Source: Methanobacteriota archaeon (GTDB lineage Archaea > Thermoplasmatota > Thermoplasmata > RBG-16-68-12). From it: a stretch of DNA of 49,609 bases. Made by a program: the position numbers and the translations under genes. Location: assembly GCA_005878485.1 (NCBI GenBank), contig VBMG01000038.1:1-49609 (forward strand), given 5' to 3'. Positions 1 through 8,863 of the stretch are shown here, in pieces (the first letter of the stretch is position 1; every line of letters begins with the position of its first letter). The notes beneath the pieces were generated by a model. The model saw only the letters and a program-made list of their open reading frames with translations. It was not told the origin of the DNA and did no database searches.

Positions 1-372
1 CCTTCCCCGCGTACCTCTACGGGGCTGTCACCCTCTCTAGCCTCGGCGTTCCACCGGAGTTCGAGTTGGCGAGGTCAGGTGTGCCGGAGTCCGAACACCA
101 CACGGCCACCGCCTTTCAGCGGCGGCTTCGGTTTGCTCTGTACCCTCTTCGATCGCCTTTACTGAGGGCATCCCGTTTGGTCTCTTTTCCTCCCCGTACT
201 AGGATGCTTCGATTCCGGGGGTTTCCGTTCCTTTCGGAACAACCTTGCGGTTAGGAGGTCCCATTCGGAGATCGTCGGATCACAGGTTCCTTGCGCCTAC
301 CCGACGCATTTCGCAGCTTGGCACGTCCTTCGTCGGCGCCCGAGCCGAGCCATTCCCCAGACAGCATGTTAG
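1..372 (-). rRNA. 23S rRNA gene, 5' part (continues past the window start)
   Basis: Reverse complement reads ...GGGGAATGGCTCGGCTCGGGCGCCGACGAAGGACGTGCCAAGCTGCGA...TCTCCGAATGGGACCTC..., the conserved archaeal 23S 5' domain. The exact mature 5' end is approximate. Confidence 0.95.
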
Positions 373-589
373 CCACGGACCTGTCGGCTTAGCACACGTC
401 CAGGATGCATATGATCGGTATCAGTGGACGCTGTGCAAGCGGCGCGCGTGCGCCTCCAGCGCCCTCTACCCCTTCCCCTTCGACGCCCGCGCACGTCGAG
501 GGTGCACGTCCGTCTCCGAGCGCAAAACGGGATGCCATTCGATGCAGAGCCCAAGATTGTCGGAGGCTCGTTTCACTATGCGATGGGCG

Positions 590-596
590 TATTTAA
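590..596 (-). promoter_or_regulatory. TATA box of the stand-alone 23S rRNA promoter
   Basis: TTAAATA on the minus strand about 220 nt upstream of the 23S 5' end, in an otherwise GC-rich region. Confidence 0.65.
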
Positions 597-852
597 TCCT
601 TGTCTCGTGCCCGTCGAGACGGGAGGCGCGCGGCATCGTCGATCCGAGCCTCCAGCGCCGCGACGAACCCTCGTTCTTCGTCCCGCCGTTTCCGCTCCAG
701 GTAGCGGTCCCCGAAGACGCAGAGGCCGATCCAAATCCCACCCTCCATGGCCATCCAGAGTGCCGTGACCGGGCCTACAGAAGGTACGCGATCGCGATGA
801 GGCCGATCAACGCGGCGAGGAGGCAAAGGCCGAAGGCGGTCCGCGACCTCAA
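593..852 (-). pseudogene. Frameshifted small two-TM membrane protein gene (pseudogene or sequence error)
   Basis: TTG at 852 overlaps the GINS stop and encodes MRSRTAFGLCLLAALIGLIAIAYLL* (stop 777-775). A second frame continues VGPVTALWMAMEGGIWIGLCVFGDRYLERKRRDEE... to 593. Confidence 0.5.
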
Positions 853-1532
853 ACGTTCGCCCCGGACATCTGGACGATCCGCGCCTTCCCTCGGTCCACG
901 AGGATTTGCGCGATCGTCTTCGGAAGCGTGACGACGTCCTCTTTCTTCAAGCGATACGTGGTGTCGATCCCCGCGAAAGGCGGGACGTCCTCGAGGACGT
1001 GGACGAGGACATGGTCTTTGAGCGTCGGCGCGACAGGGGCGCGCCTCGTTTCCTCGGCCCGAACGACCTTCATTCCGGCGGGCTTCTCTTTCGCGGTCAC
1101 GACGGTGGACGCGGCCGGAGGCGGAGCCGGTTCCACGCCGAACGGGGAGCCACCGAAGGCATCCGTCCGCGACTTTCTCAGCAGGGCAACCATGTTGTCG
1201 AACAGGAATCGCTCTTGGGAGGGGAGGTTCGGGACCTCGACTTCCGTGCCGCTGGCGCGACTCGACGCCAAGAGCGCGAGTTTTCGTTCGCGGTACGTGA
1301 AGATCTGGTCACGCCTCTTGCGCACCTTCCGGAGTTCGTCCTGGAGAAGGAGAGCCTTCGGGGAGTTCGAGTCCTTCTGGGCCTCCTTGTTCGCGGATTC
1401 CTCGAGCCGGCCGATGTACGCGGCCAGCCGATCGTAGAAGTCCGCCTCGAGGCTCACGAGGGTCTTCTTGCCGCTCTCCTCGCGGTACACCTTCGTGACG
1501 CGCTCAAAATTGACCTCCTCCTCGCCCGGCAT
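849..1532 (-). CDS. DNA replication factor GINS (Gins15/Gins51-type, A-B domain order)
   Basis: Helical A domain (REESGKKTLVSLEADFY...RERKLALLA...ERFLF), a linker, and C-terminal B domain VLVHVLEDVPPFAGIDTTYRLKKEDVVTLPKTIAQILVDRGKA. Start at ATG 1532 or 1541. Confidence 0.85.
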   Translation of the reverse strand: MPGEEEVNFERVTKVYREESGKKTLVSLEADFYDRLAAYIGRLEESANKEAQKDSNSPKALLLQDELRKVRKRRDQIFTYRERKLALLASSRASGTEVEVPNLPSQERFLFDNMVALLRKSRTDAFGGSPFGVEPAPPPAASTVVTAKEKPAGMKVVRAEETRRAPVAPTLKDHVLVHVLEDVPPFAGIDTTYRLKKEDVVTLPKTIAQILVDRGKARIVQMSGANV

Positions 1533-1684
1533 GTCGTGCATATCCGGCGGCCGATATTTGATGGCTTCCGCCTCGCAACCCTTATCGCCCGCGGACCCAT
1601 CGGGTGGATGTCGGAGGGTCGCACCGTTTCGACGGCCCGTACAGGATCGGAGCGAACCCTCCCGCCGCCGTGGGGTGAACTCTG

Positions 1685-2161
1685 ATGGACTGGGATCAAC
1701 TGCACGAGGATCTCGCAAAGGTCCTCGAAGATCTCGCGGACAAGAACCGCCACGCCCCAATCATCGTGGAGGGAGAGTACGACCGGCGGTCCTTGCGGGC
1801 CCTCGGCGTGATGGGCGACATCCGGATGATCAATGAAGGATCCACGGTGTTCCGCCTGTGCGAGACGATCGCGGCGACGAACCGCGAGGCAATCATCCTC
1901 ACGGACTGGGACGTCCGCGGAGGACGGCTCGCGCGACAGCTTCGGGATGCACTTTCGGCCAACGGAGTGCGGTTCGACGAGGACATCCGCGCCCGTCTCA
2001 CCCGGCTGTGCCGGAAAGACATTACGGACGTCGAGAGCCTCCACACGTTCGTCGAGCGCGTTGCGGAACACGCGTCGACGGGGAGTCGGCAGCGGCCCTC
2101 GAAGCGATGGTACGCGGACCGGGTCCAACGGCGGGACACCCGGCGACGGTCTCGAACGTGA
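1685..2161 (+). CDS. Small TOPRIM-domain protein (RNase M5-like/primase-related)
   Basis: TOPRIM motifs IIVEGxxD and IILTDWDxxG; SD-like GGGGTGA upstream. Confidence 0.85.
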   Translation: MDWDQLHEDLAKVLEDLADKNRHAPIIVEGEYDRRSLRALGVMGDIRMINEGSTVFRLCETIAATNREAIILTDWDVRGGRLARQLRDALSANGVRFDEDIRARLTRLCRKDITDVESLHTFVERVAEHASTGSRQRPSKRWYADRVQRRDTRRRSRT

Positions 2162-2178
2162 GAATAAGTTAAAGAATC

Positions 2179-2186
2179 TTTAAATA
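2179..2186 (+). promoter_or_regulatory. TATA box upstream of dnaG
   Basis: TTTAAATA preceded by a purine-rich BRE-like AAAGAA. Confidence 0.7.
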
Positions 2187-2366
2187 GGCCCGGCTGCAGT
2201 GAGGAACCGGGATAGCGGCTGAGGCCGCGATTCAACGATCCCACTCATCCGAATCTTCCTTTCCTGCCTCCAAGAAATCGGGAGGCTGCGCGGCCCTGCG
2301 GGGCGAGAGTTGTCCGGATAGCGGGACGTAAGTCGCAGACGTCGGCGCATCCCGGACAGTGCGAGA

Positions 2367-3674
2367 ATGAACATCGATCCGAGTACAACGAAGTACCTCA
2401 TCCAGGCCCGCCTCGAGGCGGAAGGGATCGTCGAGAAGCCCGACGTGGTCGGGGCCGTGTTCGGCCAGACCGAGGGGCTGCTGGGCGAGGAACTGGACCT
2501 GAGGGATTTGCAGAAGAGCGGGCGCATCGGCCGAATCGAAGTCGATGTGCAAAGCAAGAAAGGGCGAAGCGAAGGCACGATCCTAATTCCTTCCTCGCTG
2601 GACCAAGTCGAGACATCGATCCTTGCGGCGGCCCTCGAGACGATCGACCGTGTCGGGCCGTGCAAGGCGACGATCAAGGTCGACAAGGTCGAGGACACGC
2701 GGGTGACGAAGCGGAACAAGATCATCGAGCGAGCCCGCGCCCTCCTGTCGTCCATGGTCGAGGAGTCGAAGACCTCCGGGTCCGACCTGCTCGACGAGGT
2801 GCGCCAGAGCGTCCAGGTGTCGGAGATTGTCTCCTTCGGGACGGAGCGGCTCCCCGCGGGACCGAACGTCACGGACAGCGACGCGATCATCATCGTCGAA
2901 GGCCGACAAGACGTCCTGAATCTCCTGCGATCCGGCATCAAGAACGCGATTGCGGTCGAAGGCACGAACGTGCCCAAGACGATCCAAGAGCTGTCGAAGG
3001 AACGCGCGCTGACGGCGTTCGTTGACGGAGACCGCGGGGGAGACCTGATCCTGAAGGAGCTCCTCCAGGTCGCCGAAGTCGACTTCATCGCCCGCGCCCC
3101 GCGCGGCAAGGAGGTCGAGGAGCTGACGCAGAAGCAGATCATGAAGAGCCTGCGAAACAAGATCCCCGCGGACCAGTACGTGGAGATGTACGGCATCTCG
3201 GGCCAGGTGTACAAGGCCGAGTCCGAGTTCCCCGAGCCGAAGCCGTCGGGAGGACCGCAAGGCCGTCCGGAGCCCCGGTCCGAACCTCGTCCCGAGCCGC
3301 GCCCCGAGTTCCGGGAACCGCGGGAGGCTCCTGTGGAGCGCGCACCGGCTCCGCTGTCGCCCACCACGAAGGTCCTCAACCCGAAACTGGAGAAGTACCG
3401 CGACATGCTGGTCCAGCTCGGCGGGTCCTCGACGGCGCGTCTCCTCGATGAAGGGGATGGCGTCGTCACGGAGGTCCCGGTGCGGGAGCTCGTGGACACG
3501 CTCAAGACCGCGAAGCAGACCCGAGCGGTCGTCTTCGACGGGATCATCACGCAACGGATCCTGGACATTGCCGCGGAGATGAACATGCACTCCGTCGTCG
3601 GCACGAAGATGGGCACGATCACGAAGCAGCCCGCCGGCGTCGAAGTCTGGACCCGGAGCGACTTGGCTCCTTGA
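2367..3674 (+). CDS. dnaG: Archaeal DnaG (bacterial-type primase homolog, exosome-associated)
   Basis: KYLI...GIVEKPDVVGAVFGQTEGLLGEELDLRDLQKSGRIGRI, TOPRIM IIVEGRQD/FVDGDRGG, C-terminal VVFDGIITQRILD. Confidence 0.97.
   Translation: MNIDPSTTKYLIQARLEAEGIVEKPDVVGAVFGQTEGLLGEELDLRDLQKSGRIGRIEVDVQSKKGRSEGTILIPSSLDQVETSILAAALETIDRVGPCKATIKVDKVEDTRVTKRNKIIERARALLSSMVEESKTSGSDLLDEVRQSVQVSEIVSFGTERLPAGPNVTDSDAIIIVEGRQDVLNLLRSGIKNAIAVEGTNVPKTIQELSKERALTAFVDGDRGGDLILKELLQVAEVDFIARAPRGKEVEELTQKQIMKSLRNKIPADQYVEMYGISGQVYKAESEFPEPKPSGGPQGRPEPRSEPRPEPRPEFREPREAPVERAPAPLSPTTKVLNPKLEKYRDMLVQLGGSSTARLLDEGDGVVTEVPVRELVDTLKTAKQTRAVVFDGIITQRILDIAAEMNMHSVVGTKMGTITKQPAGVEVWTRSDLAP
3264..3330 (+). repeat. Degenerate 12-nt coding repeat (RPEP)n in the DnaG linker
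   Basis: Translation RPEPRSEPRPEPRPEFREPREAP. Confidence 0.6.
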
Positions 3675-5218
3675 GCGGGGTGGGCCGTATCGCGCGGACG
3701 AAGCAGGTCACGGCGGACGAGGGGTTCGCCTTCGACGACTTCGACTCCACCACGGAGATCGCGATCCCGGACGATCCGCTGAAGCGGGTCGTCGGCCAGG
3801 ACGAGGCCGTCGCGCTCGCGCGCATCGCGGCGAACCAGCGGCGGCATTTCCTCCTGGTCGGCCCGCCCGGGACGGGCAAGTCGATGATCGCCCAGGCGCT
3901 CTCCCTCCATCTTCCCGCGGTGACGGAGGAGATCCGCGTCGTCCACAATCCGGAGAATCCGGAACGGCCTCTCATCGAAGTCAAGCAGCGGGACGAAGTC
4001 CTGCAGGAACGGAACCGGCTGGCCGGGGCCGAGGGGGACTTGATCGACCCGAAAGAAGCGCCGATCAACGTCGCGGAGCGGCTCGGGTACAAGTGCGTCC
4101 ATTGCGGGACGTACTCGTCGCCGACCGACCGCATGTGCCCGAAGTGCGGGCGACCGAAGGCGGCGTCCCAGGCGAACGTCGGGAATCCGTTCGGCGACCT
4201 GCTCGGCGGCATCTTCGAAGTCACGTTCGCACAGCTCCAGGGGCGGGATCGGGTGACCACGACCCGACAGCAGTTCGGCAAAGAAGAGGTCGTGGTGTAC
4301 GAGCGAGCGGGCGACATGATCCGGGTCCTCGACCAGAAGGCGCTCGAGAAGCGACGCGAGGTCGAGAAGGAGAGCCCGCGAAAAGTCCTCGTCCCAATCG
4401 CGCGAAGGCCGTTCGTGCTCGCGACCGGGGCGAGCGAGACCGAGCTCCTCGGGGACGTGCGGCACGACCCGTACGGCGGCCATCCGCAGCTGGGCACCCA
4501 GCCGTACGATCGCGTCGTCGCCGGGGCGATCCACGAGGCCCACCAAGGGGTCCTGTTCATCGACGAGCTCCCGCAGCTGGGCTTCCTCCAGCGGTTCATC
4601 TTGACCGCGATGCAAGAGAAGCGGTTCCCGATCTCCGGGAGGAATCCGCAGAGCGCGGGCGCGAGCGTGAAGGTCGAGAGCGTCCCGTGCGACTTCATCT
4701 TCGTCGGCGCGTGCAACATCCAGGACCTCCCGCACATCTTGTCGCCGCTGCGTTCGCGGATCACGGGTGCCGGGTACGAGGTGCTCGTCGAGACGACGAT
4801 GGCGGACTCCGACGTGAACCGCGCGAAGCTCGTGCAGTTCGTCGCGCAGGAGATTGCGGTCGACAAGCGGATTCCGCCCGCGACGCGCGATGCGGTCGGG
4901 GTCGTGATCGACGAGGCCCGACGGCGTGCGAAGTCCTTGGACAACAAGGACAAGGCGCTGAGCCTGCGCCTCCGGGAACTCGGGGGCCTCATCCGATCCG
5001 CGGGCGACATCGCGGTCACCGAGGAGTCGAAGTTCATCGAGGCGGACCACGTCCGGCGAGCGGTCAAGGTGTCCCGGTCGATCGAGGACCAGATTCGCGA
5101 GCGATACGGATCGTACACGGCGGGCGTCGGGACCGACCTGTCTCCGGCGCAGCGCGAGGCGTCGCCGTACCACTACTGGAACGAGCACAAGGCGGACGAC
5201 GTCCAGGGCTACCAGTGA
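3671..5218 (+). CDS. LonB-type AAA+ ATPase lacking the protease domain ('Lon2'-like) with a Zn-ribbon insert
   Basis: VVGQDEA, Walker A GPPGTGKS, LLGDVRHDPYGG, GAIHEAHQGVLFIDE, LRLRELGGLIR. CxxC..CxxC sits where LonB has TM helices. No Ser-Lys protease domain. Start TTG 3671 or GTG 3680. Confidence 0.88.
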   Translation: MSGVGRIARTKQVTADEGFAFDDFDSTTEIAIPDDPLKRVVGQDEAVALARIAANQRRHFLLVGPPGTGKSMIAQALSLHLPAVTEEIRVVHNPENPERPLIEVKQRDEVLQERNRLAGAEGDLIDPKEAPINVAERLGYKCVHCGTYSSPTDRMCPKCGRPKAASQANVGNPFGDLLGGIFEVTFAQLQGRDRVTTTRQQFGKEEVVVYERAGDMIRVLDQKALEKRREVEKESPRKVLVPIARRPFVLATGASETELLGDVRHDPYGGHPQLGTQPYDRVVAGAIHEAHQGVLFIDELPQLGFLQRFILTAMQEKRFPISGRNPQSAGASVKVESVPCDFIFVGACNIQDLPHILSPLRSRITGAGYEVLVETTMADSDVNRAKLVQFVAQEIAVDKRIPPATRDAVGVVIDEARRRAKSLDNKDKALSLRLRELGGLIRSAGDIAVTEESKFIEADHVRRAVKVSRSIEDQIRERYGSYTAGVGTDLSPAQREASPYHYWNEHKADDVQGYQ

Positions 5219-5265
5219 TCACATACCGGCTGGCCCGTTCCGCGTCTCGGCTCTCCGGGCCTTCC

Positions 5266-5700
5266 TCACAAGTGTCTAATCATTTTATAGCCATCTTCGC
5301 CGTCCGTGTAGAACTTCGGGAGATTCTGGGCGATTTCGAAGCCGTATCGCTTGTAGAACCGGATCGCTTCGTCGTTCGAGATTCGCACTTCGAGTTCGAT
5401 TCGTCGGATGCCGCGCATCGCACAGACTTGGATGAACGCGTTCATCATCTGGCTTCCGAACCCCCGCCGGCGGAAGCCCGCGGTCACGGCGAACATCAGG
5501 ACGCGAGCTTGGCCGTCCGCGCTGAGCACGGCCGCGAGGAAGCCCACGGGATGGCCGTCGAGATCCGCCACCAGGAACCCGTCCCGCCACCATCGGTGGA
5601 TGTCGAGGTACAGGGAGGTCGGGTAGTTCTCTCGGAGCGCATCGCGGACGATCGAAGCGATTGCGGGGATGTCGTTCGGCATGAAGGGCCGGATTCGCAC
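5266..5700 (-). CDS. RimI/Ard1-like GNAT N-acetyltransferase
   Basis: FAV...RRRGFG, LEVRISNDEAIRFYKRYGF, FYTDGEDGYKM. Confidence 0.9.
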   Translation of the reverse strand: MRIRPFMPNDIPAIASIVRDALRENYPTSLYLDIHRWWRDGFLVADLDGHPVGFLAAVLSADGQARVLMFAVTAGFRRRGFGSQMMNAFIQVCAMRGIRRIELEVRISNDEAIRFYKRYGFEIAQNLPKFYTDGEDGYKMIRHL

Positions 5701-5779
5701 CGGGCCGGGCGAAGGGGCCGCGCCATTTGAAAATGACGGTCATCGGCAAACTCATCATCCCTTGCGGCGTTCGACCGGC

Positions 5780-6766
5780 GTGCGGATCTTCGTCGAGTTG
5801 TCCGGGGAACATCCGACTCTTCCTCGGGCGGAAGCGCTCGCGGCGATGGCCGCGGAGCGCGTCGAGGTGAAGGCCACGACATTCGGACCGCACCTGCTTC
5901 GGCTGGAGACCACGGGACCGGTGGAGCGGGCTGCACGTCGCTTAGGTCTGGCGCACCTCGTTTGCGAAGAACTCGCATCCGGCGACCTCGATTCGATTCG
6001 CGAATTCGCGCGGTCCCAGGATCTGGGCGGTCGAACGTTCCGGGTCCGGGCGCGAGGTATCGGCGTCGACATCGAGCCCCGCGGGGTGGAGGAGCCGCTC
6101 GGCGGAGATTTCGGACGGACGGGTCGGGTCGACCTCGATGCGCCCCAAATCGATTATCGCGTCCTCGTCGGTGACGAGTTCGTCTTGGGTCGGATCCTGC
6201 ATCGCGTGGACCGCGCACGGCTCGAGGCCACGAAGGTCGCTCACCGCTCGTTCTCGCTCCCGATCTCCCTCCATCCAAAGTTCGCACGAGCCCTCGTGAA
6301 CCTCGCGGGGATTCCGATGGCCGGAACGGTCCTGGACCCATTCTGCGGGACGGGCGGGATCCTGCTCGAGGCGGCGGAGCTCGGCCTCCGAGCCGTTGGG
6401 TTCGACCGAGAAGGAAAGATGGTTCGCGGCGCGCGGTCTTCGTGCCGTGAAGTGGGAAAGGCCCCCGACTTCGCGGTCGCGGATGCGGGCCGTCTTCCGA
6501 TCCGCTCCGGATCCGTCCACGGGATTGCGACGGATCCTCCCTACGGAAGGGCGGCGTCGACTCGCGGCGAGCCGGTCGACCGCCTCTATGAACGGGCCTT
6601 CGAAGCGTTCGTGGACGTGTTGAACCGAGGCGCTCGCGTCGCGGTCGTCCTACCGACCGAGAAGGCGATCGACATCGGGACGGCCCGGATGGAGCTCGCG
6701 GAGCGTCATGCGCTGCGGGTCCACCGCTCCCTCGCCCGCTACTTCTGCGTCTTCGTCAAGGCGTGA
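5780..6766 (+). CDS. tRNA (guanine10-N2)-methyltransferase, Trm11/TrmG10 family (THUMP + MTase)
   Basis: N-terminal ELSGEHPTLPRAE, SLHPKFARALVNL, VLDPFCGTGGILLEA, ATDPPYGR. GTG start inferred. Confidence 0.88.
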   Translation: MRIFVELSGEHPTLPRAEALAAMAAERVEVKATTFGPHLLRLETTGPVERAARRLGLAHLVCEELASGDLDSIREFARSQDLGGRTFRVRARGIGVDIEPRGVEEPLGGDFGRTGRVDLDAPQIDYRVLVGDEFVLGRILHRVDRARLEATKVAHRSFSLPISLHPKFARALVNLAGIPMAGTVLDPFCGTGGILLEAAELGLRAVGFDREGKMVRGARSSCREVGKAPDFAVADAGRLPIRSGSVHGIATDPPYGRAASTRGEPVDRLYERAFEAFVDVLNRGARVAVVLPTEKAIDIGTARMELAERHALRVHRSLARYFCVFVKA

Positions 6767-8246
6767 CGTGGAGGGTCACCGTCAGATCCTTCGCGGCGAC
6801 GGAAGCGTCGAGGGTTGAGGCACGCACGGCGAATGACACGATTGAGGGGGCGGGCCAAGAAACAGGAGCCGTCACATTCAGGTCGAAGACGGCGCCTTGA
6901 GTCGCGTTTAGGCTGAGCTCGGTGGCGTTCGTATCGACCGGGGTTCGGTTGGAGCCGATTGTGTACGCCGTGAAGCGGAACACGAAGCCGCCGGCCTCCA
7001 AGTTAGGCTCGATTGCCGTCACGACGACCTGCTCCCGTGTCGGTCCGGTGTTGTTTAACGCGAAGGTCACCGTGATCGACGTGCCTCGGATGATTGTTGT
7101 GCTGATCTCGGATTCGGCCAGCCCATTCAGATCCCGGAAAACGAGCGCGCGCTCGCTCGAGATCGCGACGAACGGCTGCGGCACGAACGTCAGGACAAGG
7201 ATCGCGACCGCCCCGATCCCGACGAGCTTTCGCGTCACATCGAGTCGCGTGATGTCGTTCAACGGCGGCGGATGGCGGATTCCCAAGACGAAAATCAAGA
7301 AGCCGAAGAGGAACCAGCCCGGATACGAAAACGTGATGCTGAGCCCAAACAGGATCAGGACCGCGGCCCACGACACGTACACCTGGCGGTTTCCGAGGAG
7401 GGCCCGCGCGACGTGCCCTCCATCCAGCTGTCCGGCCGGGAGGAGGTTGATCGCGGTGACGAAGAGCCCGACCCAGCCTGCGAACGCGAGGGGATGCATG
7501 CTGTTCTGCGGGAGCGGGAAGAACAACGAAAGGAAGCTGAACAAGATGGATGGACGGATCGCTTCGCCGGCGACGCCAATCGAAACCCCCGGTGCACCCG
7601 CCGAGAGGGCGAGCCCCGCGAGCGTCACCGGAATGGCGATCGCGAAGCCGACGAGCGGACCAGACACGCCGATGTCGAGGAGCGCCCGCCGATTCGGAAT
7701 CGGGTCCCGCATGCTAATGAACGCCCCAAACGTCCCGAGCGGCGGGAGGGATGGCAGGAAGAATGGCAGAGAAGCCTGGACCTTGTACCGCTTCGCGACG
7801 ACGTAGTGGCCCATCTCGTGGCAGCCAAGAATCGTGAGGAGTGGGAGGCTGAAGAACAGGGTCCCAAGGCCGATCGACTCGGGGGACAGGATTGGTGCTC
7901 CGGAATAATCGGCCCAGTTCCACGCTCCGCCGAAGAACACGGTCGTGAGGATCGTGACGGCGAGCAACCCCAAGTTCACCTCCCGCCTCGCGAATCGAGC
8001 CTTGAGACGGCGCTGAACATGCAGGAGCGTCTCGCCCTTCTCCTGCGTCACGGTCGGGATGTAGTCCCTCGGGACGAGATCCTGGCGGAGGGCCTCGAAG
8101 GGCGCATCGAGTCCGGTCGGCGGCGCGGCCACTTGAAACGTGAGCGCCATCGGCGTCACGACGACTCCGTAGACCGAGAAGTGTTTCGCGATGGCGGCGC
8201 GGATCGACTCGATTTCCGCCTCCGCCGACATCATTGCGCGAGCCAT
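6756..8246 (-). CDS. Site-2 protease (M50) with C-terminal beta-rich extracellular domain
   Basis: HEMGH, GTFGAFI, GPLVG, NLLPAGQLDGGH, multiple TM segments. Confidence 0.92.
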   Translation of the reverse strand: MARAMMSAEAEIESIRAAIAKHFSVYGVVVTPMALTFQVAAPPTGLDAPFEALRQDLVPRDYIPTVTQEKGETLLHVQRRLKARFARREVNLGLLAVTILTTVFFGGAWNWADYSGAPILSPESIGLGTLFFSLPLLTILGCHEMGHYVVAKRYKVQASLPFFLPSLPPLGTFGAFISMRDPIPNRRALLDIGVSGPLVGFAIAIPVTLAGLALSAGAPGVSIGVAGEAIRPSILFSFLSLFFPLPQNSMHPLAFAGWVGLFVTAINLLPAGQLDGGHVARALLGNRQVYVSWAAVLILFGLSITFSYPGWFLFGFLIFVLGIRHPPPLNDITRLDVTRKLVGIGAVAILVLTFVPQPFVAISSERALVFRDLNGLAESEISTTIIRGTSITVTFALNNTGPTREQVVVTAIEPNLEAGGFVFRFTAYTIGSNRTPVDTNATELSLNATQGAVFDLNVTAPVSWPAPSIVSFAVRASTLDASVAAKDLTVTLHVTP

Positions 8247-8274
8247 TCTTCCCGCGTATTAAAAGGTGCGGGGG

Positions 8275-8862
8275 TCAGATAGGGCGGGTGCCCACCAGCC
8301 AGAGGACGACGGCGGTCCCAAGGCCTGCCGCGGCGAATCGGAGCCCCGTCACGACCACGCGCTCGCGCACGAGATTCCCGAGGTACGCGCCGATGACGAA
8401 GAGGATGGTGAGGGCGACGACGATCGCCGCGATCGTCGCGGTGCCCACGTCGAGGAAGAAGAACGGAATCAGCGGAAGGATGGCCGCGAGCAGAGGCGCC
8501 ACTCCATGGACGGCCGCGCTGACGATCGCCGCGAACTGAAACGCCTCCTTGTGTTCCTCACTGAGCCGGGCGAGCAAAGCCCGTTCGATCGTGGTGATGT
8601 CGAGCTTCTTTTCGACCCGCTCCGCCTCGTACGCACCCACGGCGCTGCTGACCGCGAGGGCAACGGCGGCGCCGACGGAGGCCGACAAGATCAAGGGCTT
8701 GTGCGCCTCCGTCGCCCCGGCCCCGACCGCCCCGATGATGATGCCCAGGACCGTCAGGGCGCCGTCAAACGCGCCGATCACGAAATAGCGGCGGACGACC
8801 GGCCCGACGTTCGTGATTTCGTCGTACTCCCGAATACGGCGACGCCAGGCCCGGAAAGCCAT
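8275..8862 (-). CDS. VIT1/CCC1-family membrane protein
   Basis: RRYFVIGAFDGALTVLG, SSAVGAYEAERVE, about five hydrophobic segments. Confidence 0.8.
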   Translation of the reverse strand: MAFRAWRRRIREYDEITNVGPVVRRYFVIGAFDGALTVLGIIIGAVGAGATEAHKPLILSASVGAAVALAVSSAVGAYEAERVEKKLDITTIERALLARLSEEHKEAFQFAAIVSAAVHGVAPLLAAILPLIPFFFLDVGTATIAAIVVALTILFVIGAYLGNLVRERVVVTGLRFAAAGLGTAVVLWLVGTRPI

Positions 8863-8863
8863 G

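Noticed and set aside
775-777. TAG read-through (pyrrolysine) in the small membrane gene
   Set aside because: Read-through would not restore the downstream frame, and there are no pyl genes in the window.
66-931. Plus-strand ORFs over the window start
   Set aside because: They overlap the 23S rRNA and its leader and show no protein-like features.
2180-5188. 1002-aa minus-strand ORF
   Set aside because: Antisense shadow of dnaG and the Lon-like ATPase caused by GC-rich codon bias; no motifs.
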